Positions 18,641 to 27,757 of a stretch of 30,135 nt of DNA are shown one piece after another. The DNA is from a bacterium (lineage in GTDB: Bacteria > Muiribacteriota > UBA6191), in the NCBI GenBank assembly GCA_036339875.1, contig JAYZAC010000050.1, positions 1 through 30,135 of the forward strand, in the 5' to 3' direction. Below the pieces are notes generated by a model that worked only from the letters and a program-made list of their open reading frames with translations, ran no database searches and had not been told where the DNA came from. Both the position numbers and the translations under genes were made by a program. How positions within the stretch are numbered: the first letter of the stretch is position 1; every line of letters starts with the position of its first letter.

Positions 18641-19000
18641 TCAATCATCCAGTACATCGGTCCAAATATCGATTTCTGGGCAGTCTAAATTTCCAGTAAC
18701 AGTCGCTATATCTAAACTATAACTAAGATTCGATTGGTTATAAGCGTTATAGTAAGCTAGGCAAGCTCTTCTCAAATTAAGAAGCTTTTTATGATTTATA
18801 GATTCTATTGGGTGCATAAAATTGATTTTTTTCAAATATCGGACTTCTACAAATAATAGATAGTTTTTCTTTCTGAAAACCAAATCCAATTCTCCACCAC
18901 CGCAGCGAATATTTCTATCTAGAAAACTAGCTCCTTTAACAAGGTATTCTCTAAGAACAAGACTTTCAGCCAGAGCACCTTTCGCTTGATTAGATAACAT
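18641..19000 (-). CDS. yraN: YraN (UPF0102) family putative endonuclease
   Basis: G..AE, RNIRCGGGELDLV, LLFVEVR, ESINHKK. Confidence 0.9.
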   Translation of the reverse strand: MLSNQAKGALAESLVLREYLVKGASFLDRNIRCGGGELDLVFRKKNYLLFVEVRYLKKINFMHPIESINHKKLLNLRRACLAYYNAYNQSNLSYSLDIATVTGNLDCPEIDIWTDVLDD

Positions 19001-19013
19001 TCTTAAATACTTC

Positions 19014-19709
19014 TCACTGTCTCATAGACTTTTCAAGTCGTTGAATTTCAGACTTACTCAATTTCTTATATTCACCATTTTTCAAACAGAGTACAAAGTT
19101 ACCAATTCGTACTCGCTTTAATTTCTGTACCTCATAACCCAGTAATTCAACCATACGGCGAATTTGTCTATTTCGCCCCTCTTTCAAAGTTATCTTAAAT
19201 GTATTTTCAGATATTCGATCTGCAAAAGTTGCTTTTGATAGTTTTCCATCTAGAACAACCCCTGACAATAAATCAGATATAAACTTGTTATCAAAAGCCG
19301 AGTACAACCAAACTAAATACTCTTTTTCGTGTTCGAAACTAGGGTGCGTCAACTTATTTGCCAACTGACCATCACTGGTAATTATTAATAGTCCCTCGCT
19401 CTCCTTATCTAACCTCCCTACTGGAAAAAAGTGGCCTTCTAGGGGGAGACAATCTTTCAAGTTAGGTCGTTCCTTTGGAGATAAAGTACAAATAACACCT
19501 CTTGGTTTGTAAAAAGCATAAGTTTCATAATTCTGTGAACCTTTGAGAATAACACTTCGCCCATCCACTTTGACACGATCCTCCAAACCAACCGCAGTGG
19601 TAATTTGAGCTTTTTTGCCATTAACTGTTACCCGACCCTCATTAATTAAGTGCTCAGCTTTACGCCTAGAGCAAACGCCGGCTTTAGTCAAAAACTTATT
19701 GAGTCGCAT
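19014..19709 (-). CDS. rRNA pseudouridine synthase, RsuA/RluB/RluF family
   Basis: S4 domain (MRLNKFL..AGVCSRRKAE), catalytic VGRLDKESEGLL, HEKEY and EGRNRQIRRM. Confidence 0.95.
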   Translation of the reverse strand: MRLNKFLTKAGVCSRRKAEHLINEGRVTVNGKKAQITTAVGLEDRVKVDGRSVILKGSQNYETYAFYKPRGVICTLSPKERPNLKDCLPLEGHFFPVGRLDKESEGLLIITSDGQLANKLTHPSFEHEKEYLVWLYSAFDNKFISDLLSGVVLDGKLSKATFADRISENTFKITLKEGRNRQIRRMVELLGYEVQKLKRVRIGNFVLCLKNGEYKKLSKSEIQRLEKSMRQ

Positions 19710-21072
19710 TTTTGGTTAAACCATTATTAAAAGGTATCAAACTGTCTGGATTACCCCATGTAAACTTCTCAACAGCGGATATCAATTGCCCCTGTACCCA
19801 GTTTTTACCTTCTTTAACTGCTTTAGAAAAAACTATATTCCATGCTCGTAGGTCAGGCGGTAAATTTTGTATAGATAATACTAGAATATCTCCCTTTTGA
19901 AGAACCGTAATAGTTAGTTCCCAATCGGAGTCATTCTGTAAAAAATCAATCACCCAAGGATTTTTTTGCAATCCTATACCAAACTGATGAGAAATCTCTC
20001 CATAACCAGTTCTTGGCTTAATACTAGCACGATCTAACCAAAGTTCGAGATGATCTTGTGATAGATATGTACCGTCTGTATTCTCAATTATATTCGATGG
20101 CAAATAAACCTTCATCGTATTATTATCACAACATTCGACGAAGATAGATTCGGGTTGAGCAAGTTCTAGTGGATTATAGATTAAAGCATTTAACTCATAA
20201 ATCTTATTGTTTCCAGAAACATGAATTGTCTTATTTAGCTCTTTATTTAGTTTATTTTCTATTGATTGAGTTTGAGTCTTTTGAAAGACCTTAGAGCTTA
20301 GGTCAGCTGTAATTATCTTACTCTCCGATGATGCAATCAGAGAATCCGCTGAATAGATATTATTTTTTATCTGATCTGTTTTCAACTGTATATTCATCAA
20401 GTTAGATTGCTTAGACGAAAAGTTTACCGACGATTGCTTTACATTAATTACACTAGAACTATTGGTCAAGTTAGTAGACTCAATTATTGGAGAAGTCAAA
20501 TTTGTTAATTCCTCTGCTTTTGTAACAACTTCCAAATCTAAAGGCGCAATGCTCGTGATATCGGAATTACCAGTCATCAATAGCTGATCTAGATTATTTC
20601 CCGAGACTTTAGGTAATTTTTCTTTTGATTGACGCTCAGGAATCAAAATGTGCTTGCTAGGGTTAGCTATAATATCTGTACTCAATAATTCACCCGCACT
20701 TAAATCTCGACCTTCAGGTCTAAGAAGATTTATTCCACTAGAAGGGTTTGTTGACTTGCTACCTAATATCTCACCTAAATAATCTTCCGAATTAATCTCA
20801 GTTAATTCAACCCCACGCTCTGATAAATAAACCTTCAAATCTTTTGGACTTCGTTCTTTCCAATTTTTATTTTCTTTAATTTCAATCTTAGATTTCAATG
20901 ATTGAGATTTTTTACTTTCTTCACCAGAAAAATATTTCTCTGTTATGTTCACGTGTGCGAGAGTTTCTTGGATTTGTTTTACTCTATCCGCAGGCCAAAA
21001 AATAAAGAGCACAAATACCGCTACATTAAGTAGCAACAAGATAGCGAATAGTAATTTGAGCAAGGCCAACAT
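19696..21072 (-). CDS. Membrane-anchored hypothetical protein: TM, S/N/K/T-rich linker and a possible DOMON/CBM9-like C-terminal domain
   Basis: Long ORF. ATG 21072 (10 nt after the serS stop) is preferred over TTG 21108. N-terminal TM; C-terminal motifs DHLELWLD...HQFGIGL...WGNP. Confidence 0.65.
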   Translation of the reverse strand: MLALLKLLFAILLLLNVAVFVLFIFWPADRVKQIQETLAHVNITEKYFSGEESKKSQSLKSKIEIKENKNWKERSPKDLKVYLSERGVELTEINSEDYLGEILGSKSTNPSSGINLLRPEGRDLSAGELLSTDIIANPSKHILIPERQSKEKLPKVSGNNLDQLLMTGNSDITSIAPLDLEVVTKAEELTNLTSPIIESTNLTNSSSVINVKQSSVNFSSKQSNLMNIQLKTDQIKNNIYSADSLIASSESKIITADLSSKVFQKTQTQSIENKLNKELNKTIHVSGNNKIYELNALIYNPLELAQPESIFVECCDNNTMKVYLPSNIIENTDGTYLSQDHLELWLDRASIKPRTGYGEISHQFGIGLQKNPWVIDFLQNDSDWELTITVLQKGDILVLSIQNLPPDLRAWNIVFSKAVKEGKNWVQGQLISAVEKFTWGNPDSLIPFNNGLTKNATQ

Positions 21073-21082
21073 TGGTACTGCT

Positions 21083-22357
21083 CTATTCTTTCGGCCTAAT
21101 CTCTTCAATTCCGTTCATATATGGCACAAGTACTTTAGGAATTTTTACGGTTCCATCACTAGTTTGATTTAACTCTAACAATGGGATAAGAATTCGGGGC
21201 GAAGCTATAAGGGTATTATTCAAGGTATAACAGGTCTTGTTTTTCCCATCGTCGTCTTTGTAGCGTAATTTTAACCGCTTCGCTTGAAAGCTCTTGAACA
21301 TGGAAGCGCTGTGAGTTTCGCAATATTCATGACGAGATGGCATCCACGAATTGATATCATATTTCTTAACCTGACCTTGGCCCATATCACCAGAACAAAC
21401 TGCTACAACCTGATAAGGTATTTCAAGACTTTGTAAAAAATCAGTGGCGTTATTTAGTAAATAATCTAACATCTTAAGAGACTTTTCATCATCTTCTTCC
21501 ATTACGATCACTTGCTCGACCTTCATAAATTGATGAATTCTATATAAACCGTGAGTATCTTTACCGTACGTGCCGGCCTCCCGACGAAAACAATTACTCC
21601 AGGCAACTGATTTAATAGGTAGATGACTTTTATCTAAAATTTCGTCATAGTGATAAGAAGCCAAGGAGACCTCGGCAGTACCTACTAGATACAAATCATC
21701 ATCTTTCATCTTATAAGCTTGATCTTCACCACCTGGAAAATAACCCGTACCCATCATGGCATGCTCTCTCACTAAAACCGGCACAGTCAGTGGCGTAAAA
21801 CCTCTATTTATTAGAAAATCTAAAGCGTAGCGCATTACAGCAAGTTCAAGTAGGGTGCCCTCATTTTTAAGAAAGTAAAATCGAGTTCCTGAAAGTTTCA
21901 CACCCCGCTCTATATCCATAAGATCGAGTTCGTCACCTAACATCACATGACTTTTCGGCTCAAAATCAAACTCCGGTAATTTACCCCAAGAGTCAATCAC
22001 AACATTATCACGATCATCTCTACCGATTGGCACAGATGGATCCATTGGACTAGGAACTCGCAACATTAAATCATCATAGTTTTGCTGAACTTCTTTCAAC
22101 TGAGTCTCTAACTCCTTGACTTTGTTGCTGATCTCTTTCATCGATTGAATATGAGCAGGCTTGTCTTCTTTGCTTAGGGTGCGAATCTTTTGATTACCTT
22201 CTTTAAGCTTCATTCTTAATGAATCTGAATCACCACTTAGTTTTCTTCGCTGCTCATCAAGTTCAACTAAGTCATTAATTGATATTTTACAGCCTTTAGC
22301 ATCAGCAGCTTTTTGAAATAAATCTGGATTCTCTCGAATTTCTTTAATATCGAGCAT
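21083..22357 (-). CDS. serS: Serine--tRNA ligase
   Basis: MLDIK.IRENP, N-terminal coiled coil, LVGTAE, CFRREAG..GKDT.GLYRIHQF.KVEQ, TLNNTLIASPR. SD GGGAGG 5 nt upstream. Confidence 0.98.
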   Translation of the reverse strand: MLDIKEIRENPDLFQKAADAKGCKISINDLVELDEQRRKLSGDSDSLRMKLKEGNQKIRTLSKEDKPAHIQSMKEISNKVKELETQLKEVQQNYDDLMLRVPSPMDPSVPIGRDDRDNVVIDSWGKLPEFDFEPKSHVMLGDELDLMDIERGVKLSGTRFYFLKNEGTLLELAVMRYALDFLINRGFTPLTVPVLVREHAMMGTGYFPGGEDQAYKMKDDDLYLVGTAEVSLASYHYDEILDKSHLPIKSVAWSNCFRREAGTYGKDTHGLYRIHQFMKVEQVIVMEEDDEKSLKMLDYLLNNATDFLQSLEIPYQVVAVCSGDMGQGQVKKYDINSWMPSRHEYCETHSASMFKSFQAKRLKLRYKDDDGKNKTCYTLNNTLIASPRILIPLLELNQTSDGTVKIPKVLVPYMNGIEEIRPKE

Positions 22358-22361
22358 TTAT

Positions 22362-22380
22362 GCCTCCCAAGAAAAGAGGC
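22362..22380 (-). promoter_or_regulatory. SD-occluding hairpin upstream of serS
   Basis: The minus strand reads GCCUCUU-UUCUU-GGGAGGC: a 7-bp stem (2 GU pairs) whose 3' arm is the SD. Confidence 0.45.
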
Positions 22381-22381
22381 C

Positions 22382-22410
22382 AGTATATTGAGCAATCAAC
22401 AAAAACTCAA
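22382..22410 (-). promoter_or_regulatory. sigma70-type promoter for serS
   Basis: TTGAGT (22410-22405), 17 nt, TATACT (22387-22382), followed by a GC-rich discriminator GGCCTC. Confidence 0.6.
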
Positions 22411-22453
22411 TGAAATCTACCAAATCATAAGCTTCTATTTGAAAGTATTAATA

Positions 22454-23101
22454 TTAGTTTCTTAGACCCTCCGGGCAGTCCTCTTGTACTTCGGGTCTTG
22501 CGAGGTCAACAGCAGTGAGCTTTAAGCTGTTTTCATAAACCTTTTTAATCACGGGAAATTCGTCAAGATTAACATTAAATCGAAGAGCGTTATACACTTG
22601 GGGAACTAAACATACATCGATTAAACTAAATTGTCCTCCATAAGCATAAGTTCCAGCTGTATCCTGAATTCTCGATTCAAGGGCATTAAAACCTAACTCG
22701 ATAAAATGTTTGCCCCATTTTTGCTTGTCTTCATGACTATTTTGAAGTTCATTGACAACATACTTTATTACACGAAGATTTTGGACTGGCTGAGTATCGC
22801 AAGCAATAATTTGACTAATTGATCTAACTTCCGCTCTTTGTGATGGTTCCTGTGGAAGCAGAGGAGGATAAGGAAATACATCTTCCAAATATTCGATAAT
22901 TGCTAAACTCTGAGTCATAGTTCTACCTCTATGCTCGAGGGATGGAACTAATCCTTGGGGATTCCTATCTATATTAAATGGCAAACGCTGCTCATTTTTC
23001 AATAGATTGACTGGAACTTGTTGATAGGCAATACCTTTAAAGTTCAAAGCAATACGAACCCTGTAAGAGCACGAACTCCTAAAATAACCGTATAATTTCA
23101 T
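22454..23101 (-). CDS. maiA: Maleylacetoacetate isomerase (GST zeta class)
   Basis: LYGYFRSSCSYRVRIALNFKG, NPQGLVPSL, QSLAIIEYL, CLVPQVYNALRF; operon context. Confidence 0.95.
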   Translation of the reverse strand: MKLYGYFRSSCSYRVRIALNFKGIAYQQVPVNLLKNEQRLPFNIDRNPQGLVPSLEHRGRTMTQSLAIIEYLEDVFPYPPLLPQEPSQRAEVRSISQIIACDTQPVQNLRVIKYVVNELQNSHEDKQKWGKHFIELGFNALESRIQDTAGTYAYGGQFSLIDVCLVPQVYNALRFNVNLDEFPVIKKVYENSLKLTAVDLARPEVQEDCPEGLRN

Positions 23102-23102
23102 A

Positions 23103-24095
23103 TTACAACTTTGATGGAACTACAACTTTTTGATCGATGGCACCAAAAATAGACTTACCCTCAGTATCGAACATTTCAATTTTTACATGATCTCCATGCT
23201 TCATAAAAGGTGTTTTAAACTCTCCCTCTGATATCTTTTCTAACATTCTTTTTTCAGCCAGACATGAAGAGCCACGTGAACGATCCAAGTTTGAAATTGT
23301 TCCTGAACCTATTATAGTTCCAGTCTTCAAATTACGCGTTTTAGCTGCATGAGCTATCAACTCTTTAAAATTGAAGGTCATATCTACTTCACACTTAGGC
23401 TCTCCAAATAATTCACCGTTGTAATGGGTAACTAGTGGCAAATGAATCTTCTCGCCATCCCAAACATCACCTAACTCATCAGGAGTCACACAAACTGGAC
23501 TAAATGCTGTTGCAGGCTTACTCTGATAAAATCCAAAACCCTTGGAAAGTTCACCTGGTATTAAACCTCTTAAACTGACATCATTAAGAATCATTATTAA
23601 TTTTATGTGTTTACCAGCGGCTTGCGCACTTATTCCCATAGGAACATCATCCGTAATAACGGCTACTTCTGCTTCAAAGTCAATTCCCCAACTTTCATCT
23701 AAAGCCACAATATCATCTCGAGGACCAATAAAATCGTCCGAGCCACCCTGATACATTAATGGATTCGTCCAGAAGTCATCGGGCATTACTGCACCCCTAG
23801 CTTTGCGCACTAGCTCAACATGATTTACATATGCGCTTCCATCAGCCCATTGATATGCTCTGGGCAAAGGTGATTCGAGCTGAATTGTATCAAGTTCAAA
23901 ACTCTCTTCGGATAAGCCACCCTCATTCAATTTATTCGATATATTTACTAATTCGATAGCACATTTATCCCAATTATCTAATGCTGATTGTAGAGTGGCT
24001 GCTATTTCACCTACTTTGACTGCTCGACTTAAATCTCGGCTGACAACAACTAATTCTCCATCACGCGATTTAGACTTTAAACTTGCTAACTTCAT
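23103..24095 (-). CDS. fahA: Fumarylacetoacetate hydrolase family protein (fumarylacetoacetase)
   Basis: MKLASLK..RDGELVVVSRDL, PLPRAYQWADGSAY, IDFEAE, NDVSLR, QSKP, IIGSGT. ATG 24095 has GGAGG upstream and is preferred over GTG 24110. Confidence 0.9.
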   Translation of the reverse strand: MKLASLKSKSRDGELVVVSRDLSRAVKVGEIAATLQSALDNWDKCAIELVNISNKLNEGGLSEESFELDTIQLESPLPRAYQWADGSAYVNHVELVRKARGAVMPDDFWTNPLMYQGGSDDFIGPRDDIVALDESWGIDFEAEVAVITDDVPMGISAQAAGKHIKLIMILNDVSLRGLIPGELSKGFGFYQSKPATAFSPVCVTPDELGDVWDGEKIHLPLVTHYNGELFGEPKCEVDMTFNFKELIAHAAKTRNLKTGTIIGSGTISNLDRSRGSSCLAEKRMLEKISEGEFKTPFMKHGDHVKIEMFDTEGKSIFGAIDQKVVVPSKL

Positions 24096-24109
24096 TCTGA
24101 GTCCCTCCA

Positions 24110-25219
24110 CTAAACTAGATTTCCACGTTTTTCTTGATCTAATTCAATTGCCTCAAATAAGGCTTGAAAATTTCCCTGACCAAAACCTTCACTTCTACCT
24201 TGTCTTTGTATGATCTCAAAAAAGAAAGTAGGCCTGTCAAATATAGGCTTCATAAACAGTTGTAATAAATAACCGTCACCCTCAAAGTCCATTAATATTC
24301 CTAATTTTTGAAGATCGTCAATATTTTCTTTAATATCTGGGTTTGCATCTCTCATTGCATCATAATAGGTATCAGGAACCCTTAAAAATTCTACTCCATT
24401 TGCTCTCAATGCTTCGATAGAAGAAAGAATATCATTTGTTTGAATAGCTATATGTTGTATACCGGTTCCGCGATACTCTTTAATAAATTCTTCAATTTGA
24501 CTCATTCGAACCCCCTCAAAAGGTTCATTTATAGGATTCTTCACCCTATTATCTTTTGACCTAACAACCTTACTAAGCAAGGCGGAGTATTTAGTCGAAA
24601 TATCACCGGGTCCGAAATCTACAAACGTTTCAAAATCTAAAGATCGGTTGAAATAGTCAGCCCATTGATTCATCTCATTTTCACGGACATTCCCAACGAT
24701 GTGATCCACAAAAGATAACCCCGTATCCTGACAATCGATATCCATAACTTGAACTGGCTCTCCAAATTCAGGTAAAAAATGGCCAGAATAATTATCTCTA
24801 TTAAGGAAGACTATCTCGCTATCATCATAAAGTCGAATTGCGGCAGTCTCTACATACCCTTTTTCATCTTCCTCCTGCACTTTTAACGATTGCGAAGGAA
24901 TCGCACCATGCGCCACTGCGTATTCAAAAGCCTTTGCTACATTATCTACTTCTAAGGCAAATCGTTTAACACCATCGCCATGTGCTTGTAAAAATAATTG
25001 CATATCTGCAGTTGATGGCTGGAGAGGAGAACTTACAACAAATTTAATCTGATCCTTCTCAAGTAAATAACTGGAACGATCACGACAACCGGTCTCAGGC
25101 CCTTTGTAGGCGGTAATCTTAAGACCCATGGCCTTCGAGAACCAATAAGCTACCATTTTAGCAGAGCCTACATAAAATTCGATGTAATCATATCTCCTAA
25201 TTCCAACAGTGTTAGTCAT
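24110..25219 (-). CDS. hppD: 4-hydroxyphenylpyruvate dioxygenase
   Basis: HGDGVK, iron ligands DHIVGN / GIQHIA / FFEIIQR, and GFGQGNFQALFEAIE. Confidence 0.97.
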   Translation of the reverse strand: MTNTVGIRRYDYIEFYVGSAKMVAYWFSKAMGLKITAYKGPETGCRDRSSYLLEKDQIKFVVSSPLQPSTADMQLFLQAHGDGVKRFALEVDNVAKAFEYAVAHGAIPSQSLKVQEEDEKGYVETAAIRLYDDSEIVFLNRDNYSGHFLPEFGEPVQVMDIDCQDTGLSFVDHIVGNVRENEMNQWADYFNRSLDFETFVDFGPGDISTKYSALLSKVVRSKDNRVKNPINEPFEGVRMSQIEEFIKEYRGTGIQHIAIQTNDILSSIEALRANGVEFLRVPDTYYDAMRDANPDIKENIDDLQKLGILMDFEGDGYLLQLFMKPIFDRPTFFFEIIQRQGRSEGFGQGNFQALFEAIELDQEKRGNLV

Positions 25220-26375
25220 TGATACTCCCTTTATCCAGCCACGATTCTGAATAATCAGATTGTTTAATACTCTCTACATTTTTATTAACATAAAGCGATT
25301 TGTAGGTATCTATCATAACTGCTAATTCGTTAGTTCTAATTGCCCCCAAACTTGCCTCCGTTTTTCCAGGTTGTGGACCGTGAACGAGACCAGAGGGATG
25401 CAATGTGATACTACCCTTTTCAATTCCTGCACGACTCATAAAATCGCCCTCTACATAGTAAATAACTTCATCACTATCAACATTACTATGGTAATAAGGA
25501 GCTGGAATAGCGTCTTTATGAAAATCGAATAAACGTGGAACGAAATTACATACTACAAAGCCATCTGCAACAAACATTTGATGTATTGGCGGCGGCATAT
25601 GCAAGCTACCCACAATTGGCTCGAAATCATGAATACTAATAGCATAAGGATATAAGTAACCATCCCAACCTACAGTGTCGAACGGATGATGATTCATGAC
25701 TTGCTCATAGAAAATACCGTCACGATGTAGCACAATGGAAGTATCATTCTCATTCACTACTGGGTTGAGTCTTGAAGGTGGCCTAATATCTCGCTCGCAG
25801 ACCGGGCTGTGTTCAAGAAATTGTCCCATTTTGTTTAAGTAGCGACTAGGAAAACGATATGGAGTAACAGACTGAACTAATAAATATTTAGCATGAGCTT
25901 CAAACTTAAATTGATAGGTAGTACATTTTGGAATTACTAGGTAATCGCCAGGTATGAAATCAATTACACCGTATTCTGTATTCAAACTTCCTCTACCTTC
26001 ATCTATAAAATAAAGTTCATGATGTGAAGCATTTCTAAATAAATAATCCATCGGATCGGACGAGACTGTAATTTGGCATTGACCATTGAAAAGTAGCGGA
26101 AATCGAGCCGAAATAGGAGAATTCGCGGGCATCATCTGAGCGGTTCGAAGATGCCAATAGTCAAGTAAATTAGAGCTTATTACATGTTCTGATTGATCGA
26201 CACCTAGTGGAGACAATCGAACCGTCGCTGATGGATATTTTTCTTTGTAAAGTAAAGACGATATCCCAGAAAAACCCTCTAGACCAACTAATTGCTCACG
26301 ATAAAGAGAATCATCGTTTTTTCGAAATGCTATATGTCTTTTACGAGGAATTTTACCCAGTTTAACGTAATACAC
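25212..26375 (-). CDS. hmgA: Homogentisate 1,2-dioxygenase
   Basis: G.IP.KRH, GFSGISSLLY, HPFDTVGWDGYLYPY, HMPPPIH, PYYHSNVDSDE, TLHPSG..HGP, ELAVMIDT. GTG 26375 is preferred over TTG 26378 because AAGGAGG lies only 1 nt from the TTG. Confidence 0.95.
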   Translation of the reverse strand: MYYVKLGKIPRKRHIAFRKNDDSLYREQLVGLEGFSGISSLLYKEKYPSATVRLSPLGVDQSEHVISSNLLDYWHLRTAQMMPANSPISARFPLLFNGQCQITVSSDPMDYLFRNASHHELYFIDEGRGSLNTEYGVIDFIPGDYLVIPKCTTYQFKFEAHAKYLLVQSVTPYRFPSRYLNKMGQFLEHSPVCERDIRPPSRLNPVVNENDTSIVLHRDGIFYEQVMNHHPFDTVGWDGYLYPYAISIHDFEPIVGSLHMPPPIHQMFVADGFVVCNFVPRLFDFHKDAIPAPYYHSNVDSDEVIYYVEGDFMSRAGIEKGSITLHPSGLVHGPQPGKTEASLGAIRTNELAVMIDTYKSLYVNKNVESIKQSDYSESWLDKGSIND

Positions 26376-26377
26376 CA

Positions 26378-26401
26378 AGCCTCCTTCTCTTTCTGAAGGC
26401 C
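26378..26401 (-). promoter_or_regulatory. SD-occluding hairpin upstream of hmgA
   Basis: On the minus strand GGCCUUC (26401-26395) can pair with GGAGGCU (26384-26378), which contains the SD. Confidence 0.4.
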
Positions 26402-26404
26402 AAC

Positions 26405-26433
26405 TTTATACACGTATTTGAACTGAATGGCAA
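26405..26433 (-). promoter_or_regulatory. sigma70-type promoter for the hmgA operon
   Basis: TTGCCA (26433-26428), 17 nt, TATAAA (26410-26405). An alternative -10, TAAAGT, lies 2 nt downstream. Confidence 0.5.
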
Positions 26434-26485
26434 ATTTACAATATGAATAATCTTACCTGACCGATTTGAAGTTAGTAGTTCAAAA

Positions 26486-27742
26486 TCACTTATTAAATTG
26501 ATTCATAGCTTCTGCTGGACTAACATCCTCAGAACCAGACTGAGAGTTTTGCTTGAACGTCTCATCAACTTCATCAACTGCAATGGTAGTGTTCGGGGAG
26601 CCAACATCATCATGATTTGAATCTAAAAACTTTGGTACTATCATTCCCCAGTAGTGAAAATCCTCACGCTCCAAATTACGAACTTGAGACTTATCTAAAC
26701 TGGGCGCCAAACTAATTAACTGAACTTGCTGTCCCTCCTCAAGTATCAGTCCTTTTCCAGCATCACCATTGAGAGGATCAATAGGATTAACGTGTACTGA
26801 AGATTCGTATACTCTTACATTGGACTCTACCGCGCTGGCAAAATGTCGATTACCCATTTCATTGAGCGTATCAAGGGACACATCCCTAAAATACAACGCA
26901 GGGTCGGTTCCCTTTAGTACGTTTTTGTTAGTAACATCACCAATAAATTCTGAATACGATTGTTGGCTGTATCGGACACTGACATCATATACCGTACCTC
27001 TTACTGAAGCCACCAAGTTAGGAGTATGTGTTTGGAAATTACGTCCCTTACGTTTAACATGAACCCAACTATCTCCGTGAAAAACTCTCAATCCATCATT
27101 TTCCAATTCGATTAAGCTATTCGCTTTTAGCTTCAATTCAACACCATCTTCGTATGCCATGTGTATTGAAGCTCCTGCTAACGTCCTAACTTTATCACGC
27201 ACACTGATGGAAACTCCTCGCTCCAAACTCTGCCAAACAAAGCCATTTTCTTTAAATACCTGTACTTGACCAGTAGCTGAAAGAATTTTGAGCTGCGGTG
27301 TTACTTGATCAATACTATCCCCCGCCCGAAGGTCTGAGGAGTCCGCTAGAACTGTATTAGGTCTTACTCGTTCTAAACTTTCACCAGCTTTGTCAGTTGG
27401 TTGCCATAACATAAATGCCAATCCAAAAAGGCAAGCCGCCATTCCCAAGCCATAGCGAGTTACCTTGTAGAAATTGTTGTATTTTTTAGGTTGATTATAC
27501 GCTGGTGAGGCAGAAATTCTTTGCATTACCGATTCGGTAAATCCTGCTGGGACAACTTTTCGTTCATCCTGCTTAGAGATATCGCCAAGCAACTCCTGAA
27601 TAAAGTAATACCAAGATGCCTTATGCTTGTAATCTCTATTTGCCTCGATCTGCTCTCGCAATTCTCGTCGATCTGTCACAGATAATAAATTATCCAGATC
27701 GTCGTTCAAAGCCTCTTCAAACTTTTCACCATTCCATTTCAT
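26486..27742 (-). CDS. Transmembrane anti-sigma factor with an extracytoplasmic FecR-like domain
   Basis: Directly downstream of the ECF sigma gene, with an AGGAG SD. RsiW-like N-terminus (LDNLLS..DRRELREQI; VPAGFTESVMQRI), TM (GMAACLFGLAFMLW) and FecR motifs (DKVRT.AGAS..M.YEDG; FQTHTPNLVASVRGT; VRVYESSVHV). Confidence 0.85.
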   Translation of the reverse strand: MKWNGEKFEEALNDDLDNLLSVTDRRELREQIEANRDYKHKASWYYFIQELLGDISKQDERKVVPAGFTESVMQRISASPAYNQPKKYNNFYKVTRYGLGMAACLFGLAFMLWQPTDKAGESLERVRPNTVLADSSDLRAGDSIDQVTPQLKILSATGQVQVFKENGFVWQSLERGVSISVRDKVRTLAGASIHMAYEDGVELKLKANSLIELENDGLRVFHGDSWVHVKRKGRNFQTHTPNLVASVRGTVYDVSVRYSQQSYSEFIGDVTNKNVLKGTDPALYFRDVSLDTLNEMGNRHFASAVESNVRVYESSVHVNPIDPLNGDAGKGLILEEGQQVQLISLAPSLDKSQVRNLEREDFHYWGMIVPKFLDSNHDDVGSPNTTIAVDEVDETFKQNSQSGSEDVSPAEAMNQFNK

Positions 27743-27757
27743 GGCATCAAGCTCCTA

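Noticed and set aside
22358..22453. T-box riboswitch before serS (or metG)
   Set aside because: The gap is only 96 nt with no T-box motif or terminator, and metG overlaps its upstream gene.
26423..26440. TyrR/PhhR box (TGTAAA-N6-TTTACA) upstream of the tyrosine operon
   Set aside because: Only one half-site (TTTACA, 26435-26440) is present; the other position reads CTGAAT.
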